From NCBI GenBank assembly GCA_964106915.2, contig OZ066919.1: 64,000 nt of DNA. One strand, 5' to 3'. The translations under genes and the position numbers were made by a program. This document shows, one piece after another, positions 38,212 to 52,709 of this stretch. This DNA is from Podarcis gaigeae (lineage: Eukaryota). The first letter of the stretch is position 1; every line of letters begins with the position of its first letter. Under the pieces are notes generated by a model that was not told the DNA's origin, did no database searches, and saw only the letters and a program-made list of their open reading frames with translations.

Positions 38212-41200
38212 TAGAGGGGTTTTTAAAAGTAAACTTTTTGTAGAAACATACAGAAATTCAAAAACATTCAGAAATACAAACAGAAGGTGAACTGCTTTTT
38301 TAAAAATAAACCACAATTAGTAGGAAAAAAATCCAGTTGTTTCAGTTCAATTTTTAGTGCTGATATTTCACTATAAATATTTGGGCTAAAACAGAGCCAA
38401 CCAGCTTTCCATTGTCCATATACCCCCAACAGCTCAGCAAAACACAAGCATGGCTTGTTCTAAAACTCAACGCTATTTGTTTCTGGCTTTAGTTTCAGTC
38501 ACTTTCTAGAACGAAATCATATTAATTGTAAAAGGAAACTAATTAGTTGTGTGTCCTGCGCTGCATGGGGGGTCTGCAGTGCACAGCTGGTTTCATGAAG
38601 CCTGAATAACCTTGGAGATGCTGCAGGGGTGAAAACTGTATTGTGTGCTGCCCTTTGCCAGAATAACAAATTGGCAAATCAACATTTCTATTATTAATGT
38701 GAGTATTTTCTGCCACTCTGAAAAGTTAAAAACACAATGTTTTCATGGGACAATATCGTCAAAGAAGAGCCCATACAGTTGACCGAAGTATCCCAGAGTG
38801 ATCTACCTCCTACACCTCTGTATAATCCTGCTAAGTGTTAAAGTAAATGAACCACCCCAGGTTCACCTCAAAACAATCAAACCTAGCTGTGAATGCTTAT
38901 ATGTTGTGCAGAGAGGAAAGGTTGTCACATGGCACTTCCAAGTCCTCTATCAGTGAGCATGTGTTGATAGGCATAAGTGCTGTGTTAATAGCTGTTGCTT
39001 CTGCCACATTCATTCCAACCATACTCAGTGAAGCTTCTTTAATTCTCTCTGGAAAGAGCAGCAAGCCAAGTGATTGCTTTTGGTAAATCATTCCTGAAGG
39101 TGGTTACCAATGAATTGTTCTTAATGGGTTTATTATTTGGATCCATCCATAAGGCAATTAAATTGGCACAGCTTTTTTCTTCCAGTGAAGTCACCTGTCA
39201 ATCCCTGTGTCTTTTGCTCATAGGCAGTGTGGAGATGTCCTTAGCTATCTAGCTACAAACAAGCTAGTTCTTGGGTTCTCCAACATTTGAGAGAAACCAA
39301 GGGCAAAAATCTTACAGAACCTGTGGCAATTCCCCAGCTATTTTAATTTTATTTCATTCATGGCACTAATATACCACTCTTCTCTATAATTACACAGGGC
39401 AGTTCTTCTCAAAGGCCTAAATCATAGAGAGGCTTGGGATTAGATTACAAATTATTCTCACACTGATGCAAGAAGGATAACACAATTTGCTGCCAAACCC
39501 TGATTACCAACCCTTTTAAAAGAAAGGGCCTTTCAACCACAAGGGTATTGCAGCAGCATCTAGGACAGAAAAGTAGATGCAGTCCCCCTGTGTTTGCTTC
39601 AGAAATTTGTATAGGTGTTGAAAAAGGCACCTAGGTTTGTTCACAAACACTTCTCTTTGGTGTAACACAGTCCCACAGCTGAGATTTCACTTTTTCCGAG
39701 ATCTGTTTGGGGCATTTTCAGCAACATTCATCTCCCGTGGAATGTAATCAAACATCCAGCACTCTTCCTTCCCAAGCAGCTTCTGTGCAGTAACCAGCTA
39801 CTGCAATGCTACAGTTTTCTGCATGGATATCTGACAAAGGTTCATTTTTCACAATGGCGGTCAGGTTCCTAAATTGCTTTTGACAGCTAGACAAGCTGAT
39901 ATATAGAACTGGGCGGAACAACAGATAAAAAAAAAGCGTGAGTGCTCAAACAGTAAGGGTGATAGAAGGTAGTTAGAAAATGACACCAAACAGTTCTCTA
40001 CAATAGAAGTATGTCAGGGGTGCAATCAACCCAAAGGATGGATGGCCAAGTTCTAAATTCTCTAGCAGTGTAAACTCATATAGCATCACCATTCAGAGTG
40101 TCACTGGGAAATGGCAATGGAAATTGTATTCAGTGCTATAATTATCATGTGCATGCATGCCTTGGGCATTTCTGTAGGATACATATGTATTGGGGTGGGC
40201 AGTTTTTCCTTTTGAGGGCTACAGAAGGCCTTTGTAAACATACACCAGTGGTAGGCAAAGCCAGAGAGCCACTAAGAGGTGAAACCAGAAACAAAAGTTT
40301 TCTGGATTAAATAATCTTGAATAAAGACCACACTACTTCATTTTTTACAATTATCATCAGATTAGAATTCCCAATTCTATGCAGGTCTATTCAGAAGTAA
40401 ACCTTCAGGGTTTGATGCAGTTATCCCTGATAAGAAGGAGTGGGGGGCGGGGAGATTACAGCAGATACTGATTTGGAAAGCAAGTGAAAGTAATTCATTT
40501 ATGATGTCCGTGTGCTACGGATCTTAGGGATTGCTTTCTTCTTCTCCCTGTCTCCATCCTGTGCTTCTCAGTGTTGTGTGTGCATGTGTGAGACACAGAC
40601 AGAGAGACCAAGCCTTTAGCCAAACTACATTTTCTTTTAGATACGGTACATTTTCTTAACCTTTTCCTACTTGTACACGTTACCACCTTTCGGATTATGA
40701 AATGTAGTTTTGTGCCTTCAATGCTACATATGTCTTATGGGCCAGAAGGGATGGTAATTACCAGATGGAGTTAATGAACAATGTGACCTTTTTTGATAGC
40801 CCAGTAAAATTATCAGCCATATTGACCATTGGTAATGGGTAGCTTTCAGCAAAACAAAATGAGAACAAAAATCCCACATCCTAATTATGTATTTTTAAAA
40901 AGTAATATACAATTTGGGGCTATACGTTTTATACCCTTTTGCCCAAATTAGGCTCAAGTGGGCTCAAATTGATTGGAGAAAACCCATAATATAGTGAATT
41001 AATTTTTGGAAGCATCACTGAAAAGATGGTGAACCGAAGGCAAATAACGTGAAGGGGACCTTATTTTTCAGGTTTCATTTACAAGTGAAATTGTTCATAG
41101 GTATGGTCTCTGTAACAAGGCAGGTAAATAACTGACTTGATACCAATTTCTGGACATGCAAAGAGAATGTGAGAAAAGCTGCCAGGTTTCCTTAGTGCAC

Positions 41201-44200
41201 AACAAACCCCTGCTCCCTTTTGTCTTGGATACATATGCTTCTCATTTTTCATACCCTGCTTTCCTGCTGCCTGCATTTTTCTCATGAGAAAAGAAACAGA
41301 TAAGTATGGAGGTTCATTTGCCAATTCCTGATTTACTCCATTTCTTCTTAACCATTTTTTTCCTCCCCTCCCATTAGCAGTGTTATTTATTTATGCCCTG
41401 TACGAGCTACTGAGGACACTTGCTGCTTTGCTCCTGCTTTCAAGCGCCAGCTTGGCCTTGATTAGTTGCCCAGTAAGAGATGAAAAGCAGGATTCGTGGT
41501 CTCCCTTTGCTGTACCTGAAGGGAAATTCCTTCCTTCAATCCAGCAGGTGGCTGCCAATCGATCAGTGAGAGAAGAGCTCGACTTGGCAGGGTGGGTCCA
41601 CTCCATAGGATTTCCTTTCTTCCTTTGGCTGGTAATTAGAGGTTTTGGAGTGAGAAAGGGGAGGTCACACACGGGGCAGGCCTATTAACCTCATCCCTGG
41701 CTGATTGTCCTATGGAGAAACCTCTCTGCAGCACTGAGTTTTCATCCAGCTTTGAAGGGGAGGTTAAGGGAGGGAAGTCGGCGCTTCACTGCTTCCTGTG
41801 CCCCTGCTGTCTACAGAAGAGAAGAAAACCAGCAAAAGAGAACTGGGATGAGCTTAGGTTGGATACTGGCTGAGTTAGGCAGTTATTACAGAAGGAGTTT
41901 TTCTTTACATTTTACCTATTGCCTCTTTTCAAACTCTTGAGGCTTAGCTACATACCTGACTTATTTATAGGGCTATATGACATTTTCTGACACTCCCAGT
42001 TGTGCCGCATCTTTTAGTGGCTATTTTTATCATGATAGTTTTATTTGTCATTATTTTGTTTGGCAGATAATTTATTGTATTTATAAAAATGTATATAATA
42101 TATAGTTATAAAAGCATCAAACAGCACTTCATGCAAGCTGGCTCTGGGTCCCAGCTTGAATTTAGTTATTCGTTAAAATAATATATACATTATTGTGATT
42201 AACAAAGCATAATATTTTATTTATGTGGCAAAACTTTTTGGCTTCCCCTTTCATCAGCTGCTGTGATAAAAATGAAACTATACTGTTTCCTGCTCTGATT
42301 TCCACCATCATTTGATTTTTATCAGAGAAGCCAAAAAGGTTTTGCAACATAAATTTAAAAACCCTGTTTTTGTTAATCCCGGTAACATATAATATATATA
42401 TATATAGAGAGGGGGGGATTAATACTCCAATAAAGAGCCATCAAGATTGTTTAATCAAATTCAAATAATCATAATTCACATTAGCAATGTGTATTTTGTT
42501 GTAATATCACTTGCCACAAAGCTGCATATATCTCCCACATTTTAATGTTCTGTTGATCTTTGGTATGCCTGACCAGTGTAAATAAGCCCCATAGCATCCT
42601 GAGAAATGCAGCTTTTTTGCCTGGTATAACTCTATATTTTTATTCATTTAGAAAGATTTCTAGACAGCTTAATCTTAAAGGTCATACATGGTACACACAA
42701 TAAAAATATTGGTAAAGCACAGCTAAAACCCACAAAACTTTTTAAAACCCAAATGTCCAAAGATAATAAAACACAAAAATAAGTCAGTAAAACTTTGAAA
42801 GCAGATGTAGATTGTATGTCTGGATAGCCTTTCTAAAAATGTTCAGGAGACAACTAAAACCATATAGTGAAGGCTCATGCCCAATGTCAACAGTTGCATA
42901 CAATGTTGTGAAAGTGGAAGGGAGCTAACAAAACTGCTATTTCCTTTCCCTCCTCATTCCCTGCATTCTTCCCCAAAATCACTATCCAAAGGGTAGCAGA
43001 ACTTGCTTGAACATTATGGGCTCTGCTATGAGAGGGAGAAATTAACTGGAATTGGACAGAGGAATCTTGCGCTACACACACAAGATTCCCTGTTTTAGAC
43101 CATTTCCTGCTTCCACTGCAATGCTAAAAGTTACAGCCCATGAGATTTGGTAATTTTCCCCTGACCCTTTGATAAAATTTCAGGAAGCTAGGGGAGATGT
43201 AAGGTGCCATCACAGAGCCATTTTAAAGTAGTTATCTTGTACATTCAACTGAAAAGAACAATTTCTTTAAGAGTAAGGTGGGTGCATCAGGAATATCACC
43301 GGGCAATCTTTACTCCATCTGGCACATTACCATGCTTGCTAATATTCATAAGAGTTAAGTAAGATGCTGTATGTTTTTAATAACAGTTTTTAATAAATGC
43401 TTCATTGCATTCCCATAGAGGACCTCCTGCCCACCTGCCTAGCAGGCAGAAGGGGAAGGTTGGTGCTGAGAGAGTCAAGTTCCTATCACTCCATCAGCAG
43501 TGGGAGGCTAACAGTCATCATTGCTGAATGAAGGGCCACCCTATGCGCTCTTTTCTTCCCATGGTCAGATTTAGTAGTTTTAACTATTTTATTGAACGGT
43601 TATTAAGTAATGATGATTTTACTATTAATAAATGGGATTTTTCTTATTCTTTATGAACCTATTTATTTCTGCCACTTAGAGAACATATTTTCTTCACATC
43701 AAACTAACTAGAATATTTTGAAATAAAACTGTTTGGTAATATAGTACATTCAGTTTTATAGTATTGATATTTCCTAATGCTTAAATATTAAACATGATTA
43801 GATATTGTGTAATAGTTTTTAAAACATGCAAAATTATTTCACACACACACATATAATGACTATTGCAAACAAATTACAGAGAATGAATATATCTTTATCA
43901 TACCCTGGTTTAATTTGGATTCGGAAACAGAGCTGTTTATCAAGGCTGAAGCATTAAGTAGATAATCCATTTTTGAAAGGATTCACCAAAAAATAAAAGC
44001 TCTCTAGCCTATCAAAGGCTTTTTCAGCCTCTAGAAATAAGAATGCAATTTAACTTATGCTTTTTAACATATTTCGTTATGTTACATGTTTTACAGCATT
44101 TACAATGTACTAAACATTTTGCTTGTGCGTATTGCCAACAGCTAATTATTATGCTTATTCTTGGCCAGTTCTGTCCCATGGAAAGGAAATCCCTAGTTAG

Positions 44201-46314
44201 CAGTTATAGCAAAATAATAATATTATTTTATAAAAAATAAAGTATTGTTTCTATTCATAGAGCCTATTCAATAAACCCTTTTCAGGGTCAATGTTTATTC
44301 CTGAACTTTAAACATTTATTATTTGATATCCTACATTCCTTATGGCAGAATTAGTTCATACAGTTTTCCTTGGTACATGCAAAATATTGCAGTTTCTCTT
44401 GATTGGGGTTCAAGGTTGAAAGTTGAACAAGTAACACGACAGAGATACATGGATTTTTTTTTCTGTTGGAGAAGCTTTCAGGAATTGGATTTCTCAAAAG
44501 TTTTTATAGTTTTAGTTTTTCTCTAGTTGTTTTATCAAATATAAGAGAAAGCAAAACCTATTTATCTAGAATCCTTTAAACTTGCAAAAAGTATTGTTGT
44601 ATTAGTATCTCTTCTAAGTAGAAAAACATTTGCTCAGAATAAAACCCTAATAAACTATTAATAAGAGAAAATAATGAGTGATCTAAACAATAACACTGTG
44701 TGCTGTGTGAAACCAATACACTAACCTTATTTGACTGGCTCACGGCTGAACTCCTTGACCAAACCTCCTGTGGCTCAGACAGCTGTTTCTATTTTTAAGT
44801 AGGCTAATGGGAGCTTCTTGTATGTTCTTTCCCCTAGTTCCCTGGGGCACTTCTAAACCACAAACACTAGTACTTGCTCTGCTGTGTGCAGCAGAATAAA
44901 GGAGAAGCCAGGAACTTAAATGTACTTGACGAGCTAGCTTGTGCGAATGAGAGCTGTCCAGCCTCAAGAGGAGAATGTTATTTCTGAAGAGTCAAGTCTT
45001 GATGGGATGCTGCTAATGTCGTTGTTGCCATAACAACATGATATTTTCCCACTCCTGGCCAAATGTCCCTCAGTTAGGTTAACAGCCTGGAATGGTGAAT
45101 TGATGTCTCTTGTTGAGAGATGGTCTCCTGAAACCTTGGTGACCCTCCTGTCCCCCAAAGAAATGTGCAAATCAATTTCAAATAGATGGGGGCAAAGTGA
45201 GAACAGAGTGTTGGCTGAACTGAGAAGCACCTTGGGGTGCAGAATATCTCTTTCTGGATCTGTGGAGTACAGTGGTAGGTCTGCTGCCTTGTAGAAGCTG
45301 TTTGCGTCTACTTATGCTGCATTTGTAAACCAAGCAGACACTACAAAGACAAAAATGGTTTCATCCAAAAGAAACCAAAGCTTAGGTAACACTGTTGCCC
45401 CAGACACCTCTCACTGCTTGGGAATGTGGGGAACATACCATATTAAAGTGTGTTCTTACTGTTAAGGCTGAGTTAATCATGTCATAATAATGAAGGGTGG
45501 GGGAGGACAGATACAGCTTAACTTCTTTGACCCACCCACCCCCTTGATTTGGCAAACTAGTTGCTGTTTCCAGGGCTCTTGTCATTCAACCATTGGTTTA
45601 AGAGTTACTGTAGTTTTAAGAAAAAGAATGTGGAAGGTCTATTATATGATCCACCCTTCTGTCTGCATGCTCCAAGCGCTGAGCATAAATCTCTTGCAGA
45701 AAATTATTTAACCTGAGCTTACTCATTTCTTTTGTAAGAAGTTTCATTACTTAAGATTTATAAAGGTACTGAATTGGAAAGGTCATCTGTCCCTCAGCTG
45801 CAGGAATGATAGTTCATGTGACTCTTCTGCCTTCCTGAACATTTGGCTAGAGTGGGAAAATCAGAGACAGTGGGAAGTTAATATATATTTTCCATGAACA
45901 TGCATCCCACTTCCCCAGTTTCACTCATGGTGCCTCTGTTCCTTCAGTGGCATTCTATAGAGATGCCTGCTTTTGGACTTTTCTGAAGGAAGTACTGTGT
46001 CAGGAATGCTGGAGCGTGTAACTAGGAGTCTCAAAGCCTGCAGTGTGTCTCCATGCTTGACCCCGGTTTGGTGAGCTACATAGGAGGACACTGTGTACAC
46101 AGGCAGGTCTAAGAACTCTCTCTAATCATGGTAGGAAATAGAGACATGCAGCATCGGCCCTTCTGGTTGGCAGATAATATGGACTAGCCGGGTCTGATAT
46201 AAATGCTAGGAGTGAGATCCAACGTAGAACGAGCAGCTATCCACTCACACAACTGGACAAAACTGAAAGCAGCTGAGCGGGTGAAGAAGAGAAACAAGAA
46301 GTCCCATTGAAGAA

Positions 46315-46665
46315 TAATTTAATAATAATAATTTTATTATTAATACCCCACACATCTGGCTGGGTTTCCCCAGCCACTCTGGGCAGCTTACAACATATCT
46401 AAAAACATAATAAAACATCAGTCCTTAAAAACTTCCTTAAACAGAGCTGCCTTTTGATGTCTTGTAAAAGTCAGAGAGTTGTTTGTTTCTTTGACATCTG
46501 AAGGGAGGACATTCCACAGGAAGGGTGCCACTACGGAGAACCAGGTTCTCTGCCTGGTAACTTCTCGCAGTGAGGAAACTAGCAGAAGACCCTCGGAGGA
46601 GGGCCTCAGTGTCCAGGTTCAACGATGGGGGAGGAGACGTACCTTCAGGTATACAGGGCCGAGGC
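46315..46665 (-). mobile_element. L2-clade LINE 3' end
   Basis: Minus strand encodes a decayed FSVVAPFLWNVLPSDVKE...F.RHQKAALF ORF2 terminus, then a 3' UTR stem-loop (cccagagtggctggggaaacccagccagatgtg) and a (tat)n tail. Confidence 0.85.
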
Positions 46666-47469
46666 TAGAAGGGAATTTCCATTGTGCAAGCAGGGATAAC
46701 CAGTAAAGCTAACACAATAAACTGCATATCTGACTGCAGCCTCTATCTTCAACTCTCTTAAAGAAACAAATATTGTATTTCTCCAGCTTTATAATGCTAT
46801 CAGAAATAGGATAGGAGAAACCAAGCAGCTGCAAGAATATGCTTTAAAATATACAGTGCTAATACATGTTTGTCATATTCTGCAGCATTTCTCAACATCT
46901 CTGTGTGTTGCCTCTTTCTCACTTTTCATGAGATTAAAAAACTCCACATCTCTTTTAATGGCTCCAAACAGCAGCAGAGAAGAATTTGCTTCTACATGGA
47001 ATATGGCCTTGTTATTTATCGATGAAGAGTAATTGAAATAATTTTATAGAGTCTGCTAATGCAGTATCCAGGGATCTAATCTATCTGTTGGATATTTATG
47101 GGTAATATTCCGGTGCTTCTTTCATTCATTACTGCTTTCATTAAGGCTCTAATCCCATTTAGAGGCTTGTTTGTCATTTTAAACTCCCCGGTTTAATCAT
47201 GGCCTGTCCTAATCCTTTTTTAACAGCACAACTGAACTTAGGGGTTTCTGGCAGCAGCAGGCAGGGGGGAGGGATTCCCTGCTTCCTAACATATGGTACT
47301 TTAGAAACAGCGGGTCTCTTGTGAATGGATCGGCCTTTGTAATTAAAGGCAATGGGCCAGAGGAGCTCAGCTCCCTTTAACTGAGCTTCTGGAAAGTTCA
47401 GTGATATGGAACACAGTCGTGATGATCTATCATGGTGAAAAACTGGTCAGCATAGTCTTGTAATGGCTG

Positions 47470-48230
47470 CATGGTGAAGGTGGCCCTCTGAAAGCCTGTT
47501 GACAAGGTCAGACCATTTTCTGGTAAGGGCTGGAGTGGTGGCAGCTTTGCCTTCCTGTAAGGGTGGAAGACGCATTAAGATGGTCCATCACCAGAGAATT
47601 AAGGAAGCTGATGGTATCCTGAATGTTTTGAGGGAGTTGAGTAGAGCTGGGGATTCTTTTGAGATTCTGGTCTCACTGTGGAATGGTGGGAAGAGAAGGG
47701 TCATTGATAGAATCCCTCCCAGGTGCCTTCTCTGACATTGTTGAGTACAAAATGCCCTCTGGATTTCCAGGAAGCTTTGGATGATGAAGTAAATTGGACA
47801 ATGGTTGGAGAGCAAATGGCATGAAACTCACCATGAAGATGACTTAACATGGGCTAGAGCACATATTCCTGTGCCTATCGTGTGGCAGTGAAGAGGTATT
47901 ATTACTTTTCCATTTTTAAATGAGGGGTGTATGTGACCACTACTCAAACGCCTCCACTGGATCTGGAGGTCTGCAACAATTAATGTCCAGTTGCAAATGT
48001 CATTTCCTTAGGAAAGGAAATGCGTTTCCTCCAAGCACACTTTGAGGAAACACATTACAGTCTTGATTCAGGCCTGATTTTGGTACAGAATCAGCCTTGG
48101 TCACCTTGATGAATGACTTTTATTGGGAAAGCCAGAAAAGAAGTGAAACTCTGTTGGTTTCCTGGATCTGTTGGCTGATTTTCATAACATTAACCATGAT
48201 ACCCTTCTCATGTGGCTCTCTGGGTTAGTA
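47470..48230 (+). mobile_element. Decayed L2-clade LINE ORF2 fragment (endonuclease end to reverse transcriptase start)
   Basis: Remnant motifs SDHFLV, IKMV, WN...IDRIPP, PVANV.FLGK, FRPDFGTESAL, and LDLLADFHNINHD (RT LDLSAAFDTIDH-like); frameshifts and deletions. Confidence 0.8.
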
Positions 48231-48688
48231 GCTGGGAGTTTGCTAGTTCCCCATACTCGCCTACATCCTCTGTGCGAGTGTATGCCAGAACAGTCACACT
48301 TATTTGATGACTATTAACAAATCATTGGGGACTTCAGCTGATCTCTTGCCACAGTAATTTTGAATCTGTTTTGTCTTCTGAAACAATCCATGTGTTTTCA
48401 AGCAGAGCACTTTCTAAATCTGTTAATGTTGATGAGAAGAATTCTTGTAGGTAGCCTGGGCCTTAGTGGAACTATGGTGGCCAAAAATACTCTCTCCTTC
48501 CAGCATTCTTACTTGAGACACAAAGTACCATACAGATTCTTCCTACACTTCTGTTGTATTTTTGGTTTCTTTTTGAGCTGCAGTTAGTCTTCACTGACTT
48601 ATTGCACATCTCTTTTACAAAATCACTCCCTTTATTTATTATGTGAACATAAATGCATATGTAATGCTGGGTACTAAGTACAAATACT

Positions 48689-48860
48689 CAGTGCTTTTTT
48701 TCCTCAAAAAATGTTTAGGGGCACTCTCATTTTGACTCAAGAAAATTATAGTTCACATTAGGGAAAATAAATACAGTAAATGGACAAAAGTACAAATATT
48801 CACAAAATGTTTAGGGGTATGCATACCCTTGCATCCCCCCCCCCCCAGAAAAAAGCACTG
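48689..48860. mobile_element. hAT MITE, 172 bp (cagtgctttttt family)
   Basis: TIR cagtgctttttt / aaaaaagcactg; perfect 8-bp TSD caaatact at 48681-48688 and 48861-48868. Confidence 0.9.
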
Positions 48861-49285
48861 CAAATACTGAATGATTAGATAGACTTCCTTTTATTGTTGG
48901 TGTTTCCAGAAGGTATGCTTCATATAGAATGTTAGACATTGAAAATGCTCCAACCCCCCAACCCACCGTTTTGAATATTCTCACCCTTGTTTATAAAATG
49001 CCTAAAGATCCCTGTAGGTGGGTGATATGCAAATGTGGAGCCTATTTGCTTGGAGATGCAGATGACCTAAAAGCAGAAGTTGTATGCAAATCTCAGAACC
49101 AGAAGACATGTACATTATAAATGGGCAAGACAAAAGGAAGAAGGCCACGATGCATAGATGTGCTATCACAATGATTTCCATGGGTTCCAAATGAAAGTAA
49201 ACTGAAGCCCAATCCAAAAATATCTGGGGTGATTTTTCCATCATTAAGCTCTGAAGCCCAGATAAATTATGAACACATTGATATT

Positions 49286-49464
49286 GGGTTGTGTCCAGCG
49301 CTGCCATTCTGCTTGTGCAACAGACTTCTACCCGCACAACAAAATATCCCCCTCCCCTGCAGTCCCTGTGCACCCCCAGGAGCAGATGCGAGCAGGGGCA
49401 GAATGAATAAAAGGTAGTTCCTTTGTGCAAGTGGAACTCTGCATGCACAGTGTTGGAATCAACC
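49286..49464. mobile_element. Degenerate palindromic MITE-like repeat
   Basis: ggttgtgtccagcgctg...cttgtgcaa versus ttgtgcaag...cagtgttggaatcaacc terminal inverted similarity. Confidence 0.45.
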
Positions 49465-49569
49465 TCAAGGACTCAGTTCCTCAAGGACTTCTCCTGGGCA
49501 TGGGCTATCCAAGAATGCTCCTATCTTGATTGCTCCCCTACAAATATTGGGGAGTGAGACTATGCCTAC

Positions 49570-49708
49570 TGACCTTATAGCTCAGTTGGCAGAGCATGAG
49601 GGTTGCGGGTTCGAACCTCATGTTGGCCAAAAGATTCCTGCACTGCAAGGGGTTGGACTTGATGATCCTTGTGGTCTCTTCCAAAGCTACAGTTCTATTG
49701 GTCTATGA
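49570..49708 (+). mobile_element. tRNA-derived SINE with CR1-like tail, anticodon arm missing
   Basis: tagctcagttggcagagca A box, gggttcgaacc B box, attcctgcactgcaaggggttggacttgatgatcc body shared with 3889-4035. Confidence 0.75.
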
Positions 49709-51818
49709 GCTGGTAATTACATCTAGTGCAGCTCTCTCACGGAATGTTCCTGTGTGGGCATTAATGCTTGAAGATGGATATACATCCAGTGTGGGTAGAC
49801 CCAGATCATGTTGGCAGTTTCCTTTCCAGTAACCTTCATGTGGCTTACTGTGTGCAGACATGGTGATGAAGACGATGTTGCAAAACGTTTTGAGAGCAGT
49901 TGTTAATAGACAAGTGCAATAAAACCCATGTAAAGCAGAACTGCACACAAAATTTAATTGGCATATATATTTTGGGAATACAGACGCTAACCTAACTGCT
50001 TTGCAGAGGGTGGATATTAATGTGCTAGAATCCTCTGTGTGTGTGTGTTCTAAATGTGTTACTGAAAATAATATCATGCATATGAATAACTGCACAGTTT
50101 AGCATGTTAAGTGCATGTTCAAATGCGCTCTCAGCCACAGGTGTATGATCTTGGTGCCCTTCTGCTTAAAGTGAGGTGCTGAATTCTGGCTTGAAACAGC
50201 AGCTATTAGTGGCACAAGGCCAAAAATGCTAGAAGATGGAATTAAGAAAAGTACAGACTTCCCTGCCTAGAGCTATACGAAGCACAGAGGAGAAGCATTA
50301 AAGGAGTTAGTACAAAGCAGCCAGAGATTCTCCCTAGTTACATCAGGAGACAACGGCATTACAGAATCGCTTGTCTTGGGGTGACCTTTGCAGTCTGACC
50401 AAAGAAACCAATTCTTCAAACTAAAGTAAACACCTGATCTTTGATTCCTTCCCACTCCTGGAGGCAATAGAGTAAGATTCTTTAATATTTCAGAACAGCC
50501 TTTCCCAACATTCCTTTTTTGTTTTTATCAGACTCTTCTGCAGCCACCACTCACTACCTTTAGCTGTGGTCTGCAAAGGAATGTTTGGTGAGGTCATGAC
50601 AAAGCAGCATCAATCCTTTTGTCCCACAGGGATTGGTTGGGGGGGGAATAATAATTCATTACCTATAGCACCAAGGCAGGATTACATTCCCCAGGTGGTG
50701 AGGAGTCTGGGCCTAATTAGAGTTCCAGGGAATCAAACCATTGTGCTATTAAAGATTCTCTGGCAACATTCTGATTAAAACAGTAATTTTAATAAGCATA
50801 GCTTGATTGTTAAGTGCTCACTGAACACCTAATTACGTCGGTTATAACTCCAAAATTATTTAAAATCCTATTTTTGCCACTTATACCTAGAGTGGGAGGG
50901 ACACCTGCCCAATAATTATTCCCCTTAATTAAGTTTCTGTCTTTAAATGACTGTAAGGCATTGTTTTGCAGGTTACATGGTAGGAGGAATAACAGCCATG
51001 GGTAATGCTGTTATCGAATGTGAAATCTAATTCCAGTTGCATTGGATAGTTCTCTACCTGGGCTGAGAATTTTCTTCACACATTTCCCCCTTTCCCGTAA
51101 TAAATATTTCCCTTTGAGGTCTGATGGATAAGATTGGCGGGTACCTGATGGTATATGGATGCAGTGCATGACTCTGAATCTATTACCAGGTTTTAAGAGA
51201 ACAACTTATTTGCAAAGGTTAAGGCACTGCATGCTTTGAAAAAGACAGTTCAGGTGGGACATTAGAATAGGTCAGATTGGATATTCTGCCCTCTGCCCCA
51301 CTTTTTTGTTTTTGATTGTGTCTGAAACTCAAAGCATCAATGTTTCTCTCTTCTCAACAAAATGTCAATGATACCTTAATAAGTTGAAAAAAGAAATTAA
51401 AATGAACATTTGGGTATTTCAGAACAAACTGAAATGTTTTCAACTTTTAAGAGGGGCCATTTTGTTTCAGTATAAATACTTGGCATTTTCTCTTTTGGCT
51501 TTTGACCCAGAAAAGTTTAAGAAACAATCTGACATTTTACTCATAACGGAACTGTGGTTATCAGGCCTCATGACAGTGAATCATCAGAGTTCCTTGAGGA
51601 CCTCCATCCTCATTGTCCCTCGTTCCCCCTTGCATTGAACTTCCGTCTCTCTTGCCTACCATTATTAGCCTTTAGACATCCAGACTATGGTTCACATTTG
51701 ACTTCCAAACCAAAATCAGAAACTCACTTCAAACCTTGGTTTCTGATTCTGGCTTGACGGGCAGATACGCACCAGACCAATTCAGATGTCAAGGCAAACC
51801 ATGGTTAGCAGTAACAAG

Positions 51819-51945
51819 CAGTGCTTTTTTAAGGAAAAGGGGTGCTAGTACTCACCATGAAGTTATTACAGTAAGTGCCACACTTTTAACATTTGAAAAA
51901 AGTTGTCAGTAAGGCATACCCTTGAGTAGCCCCAGAAAAAAGTCA
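51819..51945. mobile_element. Degenerate cagtgcttttt-family MITE
   Basis: cagtgcttttttaagg...catgaagttattacagtaagtgccacactttta...ttgagtagccccagaaaaaag; aligns with 53000-53146. Confidence 0.65.
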
Positions 51946-52709
51946 CACACAAGAGGAGGAAAGTGTGCAAGCCACTGACTTATTACTGAATATGATTGAG
52001 CCATGGCTTGTTTGAGCATGAGTCTTTCCTTCTTCAGCAAAGTTTCCTCTCTGTTATGTTGGGCAGGTTTATAATTTTAGAGACTTGCACTTTTTTATTT
52101 TATTTTTTATTATTTGTATTCGTCTGCTGTATAACATTGCCCATTGTGATGCAAGCACTTTGCAATCTGTAATCAGCAATCTCCTTTTACTCAAATTATA
52201 TATCTCCACAAGATTCTCACAGGAGCGTGGGCTGAGTCAGACAGGGTGTTTTCCTAAACAAAGAAAGGTCACTACTATGATTGGGGGGGGATATGCAGGG
52301 GGGGCATTGGAAGATGAAAATAAGCTTTGCGGTTCCTGCGGTTCCAATAGTAGGTGATTTGCAAAGAAAGGATTTATTTTGAAATAGTTTACTAAAGTCT
52401 TGCTTTAGTCTCTGGTCCTAGCTATTACAGCCTTTTTAAAAGAGGAGAAACTCCCTTTTTCAGGAAAGTGAAAAGGTTTCTTACTGCATGCATAGATTCG
52501 ACAGCCTAGTGTTCATGTTGAAGAGATTGTGCAAAATTGGCCACTGTGGATGATGTGCCATTACTCTGTCCTGACCCGATTCAAAATCAACAGAGGCTTT
52601 ATGACCTTGAACCGTGCAGTCCTAAATCACTGCATCTGGGGCTCAGGCTCTCTCATTTCTTCACCCTAGCACCACTCTCTCATAAAATATCAGGGTGGCA
52701 TACAACAAT

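Noticed and set aside
49002-49448. 148-aa minus-strand ORF
   Set aside because: Partly overlaps a palindromic repeat; no homology recognisable.
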